From Octopus vulgaris (taxonomy: Eukaryota): a stretch of DNA of 64,000 nt. Where the stretch lies: positions 93,744,001 to 93,808,000 of the forward strand of contig OX597815.1 of the NCBI GenBank assembly GCA_951406725.2, given 5' to 3'. This document shows positions 61,201 to 64,000 of the stretch, in pieces (position 1 is the first letter of the stretch; the number at the start of each line of letters is the position of its first letter). The position numbers were made by a program, and so were the translations under genes. Under the pieces are notes generated by a model that did not search any database, was not told the origin of the DNA, and was given only the letters and a program-made list of their open reading frames with translations.

Positions 61201-62563
61201 TCAAACCATTCTAACATAAAAGATGGACATTAAATGATGATGACAATACATGGTAACTGTTTGACCTTTTAGACTGTAATTTTCTTTCAGTGGCATCCTA
61301 CGTTACAAACTATTCGAGAACATTTGCAGCAATCTCTGGGCATTTTATTCAACTCTATGTTGGCAAACCTCTATCGGGATGGTCATGATAGTGTTGGTTG
61401 GCACACAGACAAAAATCCTGCCATTGGTGATCAACCTACTATAGCGTCACTATCTTTTGGTGATGGCAGAATGTTTGAACTTCGGAGAAATCCTCCTCCT
61501 GTAAGTACTTCCGTTCTCTTATTACATCAGTCATTTCAATGTATCAGTTACTACAATATATTCTTAAATTAGTCATTTGAATATATTACTATACCAAGCA
61601 CAGGTGCTAGTGCCACACAAAAAGCATTGGTGCTTATACCATATAAAAAGCACCCAGTACACTCTAAAGTGGTTGGCATTAGGGAGGGCATCCAGCCATA
61701 GAAACTATGGCTAAAACTGACTATGGAATCTGGTGCAGCCCCTAGCCTTTCAGTTCCTGTCAAGCCATCCAACCCATACCAACATGGAAAATGGACATTA
61801 AATGATGATGATGATTCAGAAGTCCCTTCAGCTTTTAAGTGATATTTGAAGTTTTCACTTTTTATTTCATACACACACACATACATAAATATATACATTA
61901 TGGATGTCACTCAAAATCAAGGACAACTTGGTTGTATGTACCATGCTTTTACTAATTGTTTTTGGTATCTATGTAGCCTTGAATTGACATAGACATCCAT
62001 TTGGCCCTCCCGTGTAACTGCTGAAGTGGAAAAGAGCTATACCAGCACTCAGCAGATATTCATTTTAGCTGACTTCACTGGAACAATGTGAAATGAAGTG
62101 CTTTGTTCAAGGACATAATGTGTCCATTCCACGAATTGAACTCACAACATTGCCCAAACATATGTACTAAAGAGACTTTTAAATCGCCCTGTAAGACACA
62201 GCAGCTGTAAGTTGAGGTGATTAACCATAGTGATTACAGTCATAAGTTCAGATCTTACTCCTACTGTCATTGTGTTGTGTCTTTTTAAAAGGTACATAAT
62301 TCTTGCTCCATTTTAGATTAAATCAACAAGTGCAGACAGTATTGCCATCTTAACAGTTGAATGTTCATTAGTGATAGGAAGGGCACTCAGTTACATTAAA
62401 AATGTATGCTTATTATATGCAAGACATAATTGAATTTCTACAAAATTTCTCTGTTATTTCTTAGGAAGAAAATGGAGATTATACCTATATGGAACATGTA
62501 AATGTACCAGTTACTAATGGTTGTCTTCTCACTATGGAAGGAGCTTTACAACATGATTGGCAG
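52098..62563 (+). CDS. ALKBH3: Alpha-ketoglutarate/Fe(II)-dependent dioxygenase AlkB homolog 3; 3'-partial, last exon beyond the window
   Basis: Exons 52098-52292, 54007-54041, 56425-56472, 57059-57254, 61291-61500, 62465-62563; phase-consistent GT-AG. Motifs: KRRRARIQGGW, GVSRI, LPWKQ, QPRLTAWYGDLPYSYS, FNSMLANLYR, WHTD (HxD), IASLSFG, PPPEENGDYTY, MEGALQHDWQ. Confidence 0.95.
54007..54041 (+). CDS. ALKBH3: ALKBH3 35-nt coding exon 2
   Basis: ttgcag|KFREKPPVKTI|gtgaga; aligns to human RRAPEPRVI and supplies the required phase change. Confidence 0.8.
56425..56472 (+). CDS. ALKBH3: ALKBH3 48-nt coding exon 3
   Basis: EHGIHDISASENGVSR (human REGVYEISLSPTGVSR); cag/GTGAGT. Confidence 0.9.
57059..57254 (+). 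CDS. ALKBH3: ALKBH3 coding exon 4
   Basis: IRFFPSFIEEKEAD...QPRLTAWYGDLPYSYSG; tag/GTTAAT. Confidence 0.94.
57261..57648 (-). mobile_element. Full-length tRNA-derived SINE. Partial relatives at ~8990-9140, 31660-31790, 33700-33840, 38285-38430, 56525-56640
   Basis: Reverse complement reads gtggctgtgtggtaag...ggattcagttccactg...caccttgggcaagtgtcttctactatagcc, then an internal microsatellite and 3' end aaacaagtaaaagagt. Confidence 0.85.
58299..58535. repeat. Near-perfect palindrome with 118-bp arms centred on 58417 (foldback/MITE-like)
   Basis: ggttgtatactgtcaacataacatgacagtcc...ggactgtcatgttatgttgacagtatacaacc; centre ttcctgtgtc-c-gacacaggaa. Confidence 0.95.
60010..60828 (+). mobile_element. 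RTE LINE 3' fragment (ORF end, repeat-rich 3' UTR, GAT tail)
   Basis: Matches 13210-14023 by eye. Confidence 0.85.
61291..61500 (+). CDS. ALKBH3: ALKBH3 coding exon 5 (HxD Fe-binding motif)
   Basis: WHPTL...NLYRDGHDSVGWHTDKNP...IASLSFG...PPP; cag/GTAAGT. Confidence 0.95.
62465..62563 (+). CDS. ALKBH3: ALKBH3 coding exon 6
   Basis: EENGDYTYMEHVNVPVTNGCLLTMEGALQHDWQ; tag/GTAAGA. Confidence 0.94.
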
Positions 62564-63049
62564 GTAAGAATTAACCACTGAAATGTTCTAAACATTTAAC
62601 CATAATATTAGCAATTTACTCTTTGGTCAAAACAGTAGAAGTTAGCTTTTTGTAAGTACAATCTATCAGCTGTTTTCAATCCTAGTTGTAATCATTTTAT
62701 ATCATTTGAATCACTAACATATTTGAGAAAAGCATGAATATTAGAACATCTTAAAAGCAGAGGCATGACCAATGGGTTAAGAAGTTGGCCAGGCTTGATC
62801 CCATGGCTGCAGTAATCTTGAGCAAATGTTTCCGACCATTGCCTCTAAATGAACCAATCTTTGTGAGTGAAATTGTGTAAATAGAAACTGTGTCAACATA
62901 TCAGATTGATTGTAACTGTTATTGAATGATAAATTCTATCACCTAGATCATGGGTACCTTTATCAATGTCCAGCCTGTTAGAATCATTTGGACCAGGTCT
63001 CCAGTTTGAGGATAACTTCCTTCAATCCACCAATTTAGAAAGTCATAGT

Positions 63050-64000
63050 AAGTAGGAAGGCTGACAAATCACAAATCCCTTCAGGTAGATGGCCCTACTC
63101 AATCTATAGAAAGGCGTAGGTAGAAACTCTATAAGATGCACCCAATGTAAGCTTTGGACACATAAAAGGTGCCGCAACATCAGAGGAAGATTAACAGAGA
63201 AACTAACTTTTGTATGTGGTAGGTGCACAGGTACAATAAACGCTGAAAATGCACAGAAAATAGACTCCATCAACTACCAGGGAAGCAAGTAGATAGCTTC
63301 TGTTATCTAGGTGACCAAGTTAATAGTGGAGGTGGATGCTCTGAGTGTGTATCTGTGAGAATAAGATTAGGCTGGGCAAAGTTCAGAGAGCTCCTACTCC
63401 TGGTGGCAACAAAGGTCCTCTCTCTCAGAGTGAAAGACAGATTGTTTGATGCCTGTGTGCAAATAGCTATGCTACATGGCAGTGAAACATGGGCTATGAC
63501 AGCCGAGGACATGCGTAAGCTTAAAAGAAATGAAGCCAGTATGCTTCGCTGGATGTGCAATGTCAGTGTGCATCTTTGACAGAGTGTAAGCATCTTGAGA
63601 GAAAAGTTAGGTATAAGGAGAATCAGATGTGGTGTGCAAGAGAGATGACTGCACTGGTATGATCATGTGATGCATATGGACAAGAACAGCTGTGTAAAGA
63701 AGTGACACTCTCTAACAGGAAGACATGAGATGAGATGGTGAAGCATGAACTTCGAACTTTGAGCCTCACAAAGGCAATAACTGGTAACCGAGAACTTTGA
63801 CAATGTGCTGTGTTTGAGAGGACCCGTAAAGCCAAGTGCACCCATGCTGGTGGTATGTAAAGAACATCTTTTGAACATTGGATCTCACAGAGGCAAAGTG
63901 GCTGAGTTCCTCTTGAGCATTGGGCTTAACAGAGACAAAGTGGCTGAGCTCCTTTTGAGCATTGGGCCTCACGGAGGCAAAGTGGCTGTGTTCCTTTTGA
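63050..64000 (+). mobile_element. 5'-truncated RTE LINE fragment running off the window end
   Basis: RIRLGWAKFRELL, LHGSETW, Cys-rich insert; frameshifted. Confidence 0.9.

Overview
AT-rich, repeat-dense animal genomic DNA, not prokaryotic. The RTE LINEs with (GAT)n tails and the tRNA-derived SINE families suggest a coleoid cephalopod such as Octopus (inference). Two intron-rich housekeeping genes sit head-to-head. On the minus strand is a complete TRAPPC10 (TRAPPII subunit Trs130), reconstructed by hand as 22 phase-consistent coding exons from ATG 49928 to TGA 6568 (3402 nt, 1133 aa), with one U12-type intron. On the plus strand is ALKBH3 (ATG 52098, 6 coding exons visible, last exon beyond the window). 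The introns hold a near-full-length decayed RTE LINE, many RTE 3' fragments, CR1 fragments, mariner and DD37D transposon relics, a Helitron-like element, SINEs, MITE-like palindromes and mini/microsatellites. Main leads: (1) inverted RTE copies bracket TRAPPC10 exons 16-20, a phase-symmetric 816-nt block that would form a stop-free circRNA; (2) a PHD finger is embedded in the RTE reverse transcriptase; (3) ALKBH3 reads HTD-K-N where the human enzyme has HSD-D-E, and both codons are one A-to-I edit from acidic; (4) a 118-bp-arm hairpin lies in the adjacent intron; (5) a templated 125-bp insertion; (6) a CpG-decay contrast between promoter-proximal and gene-body SINE copies. All coordinates were read by eye and no searches were run.
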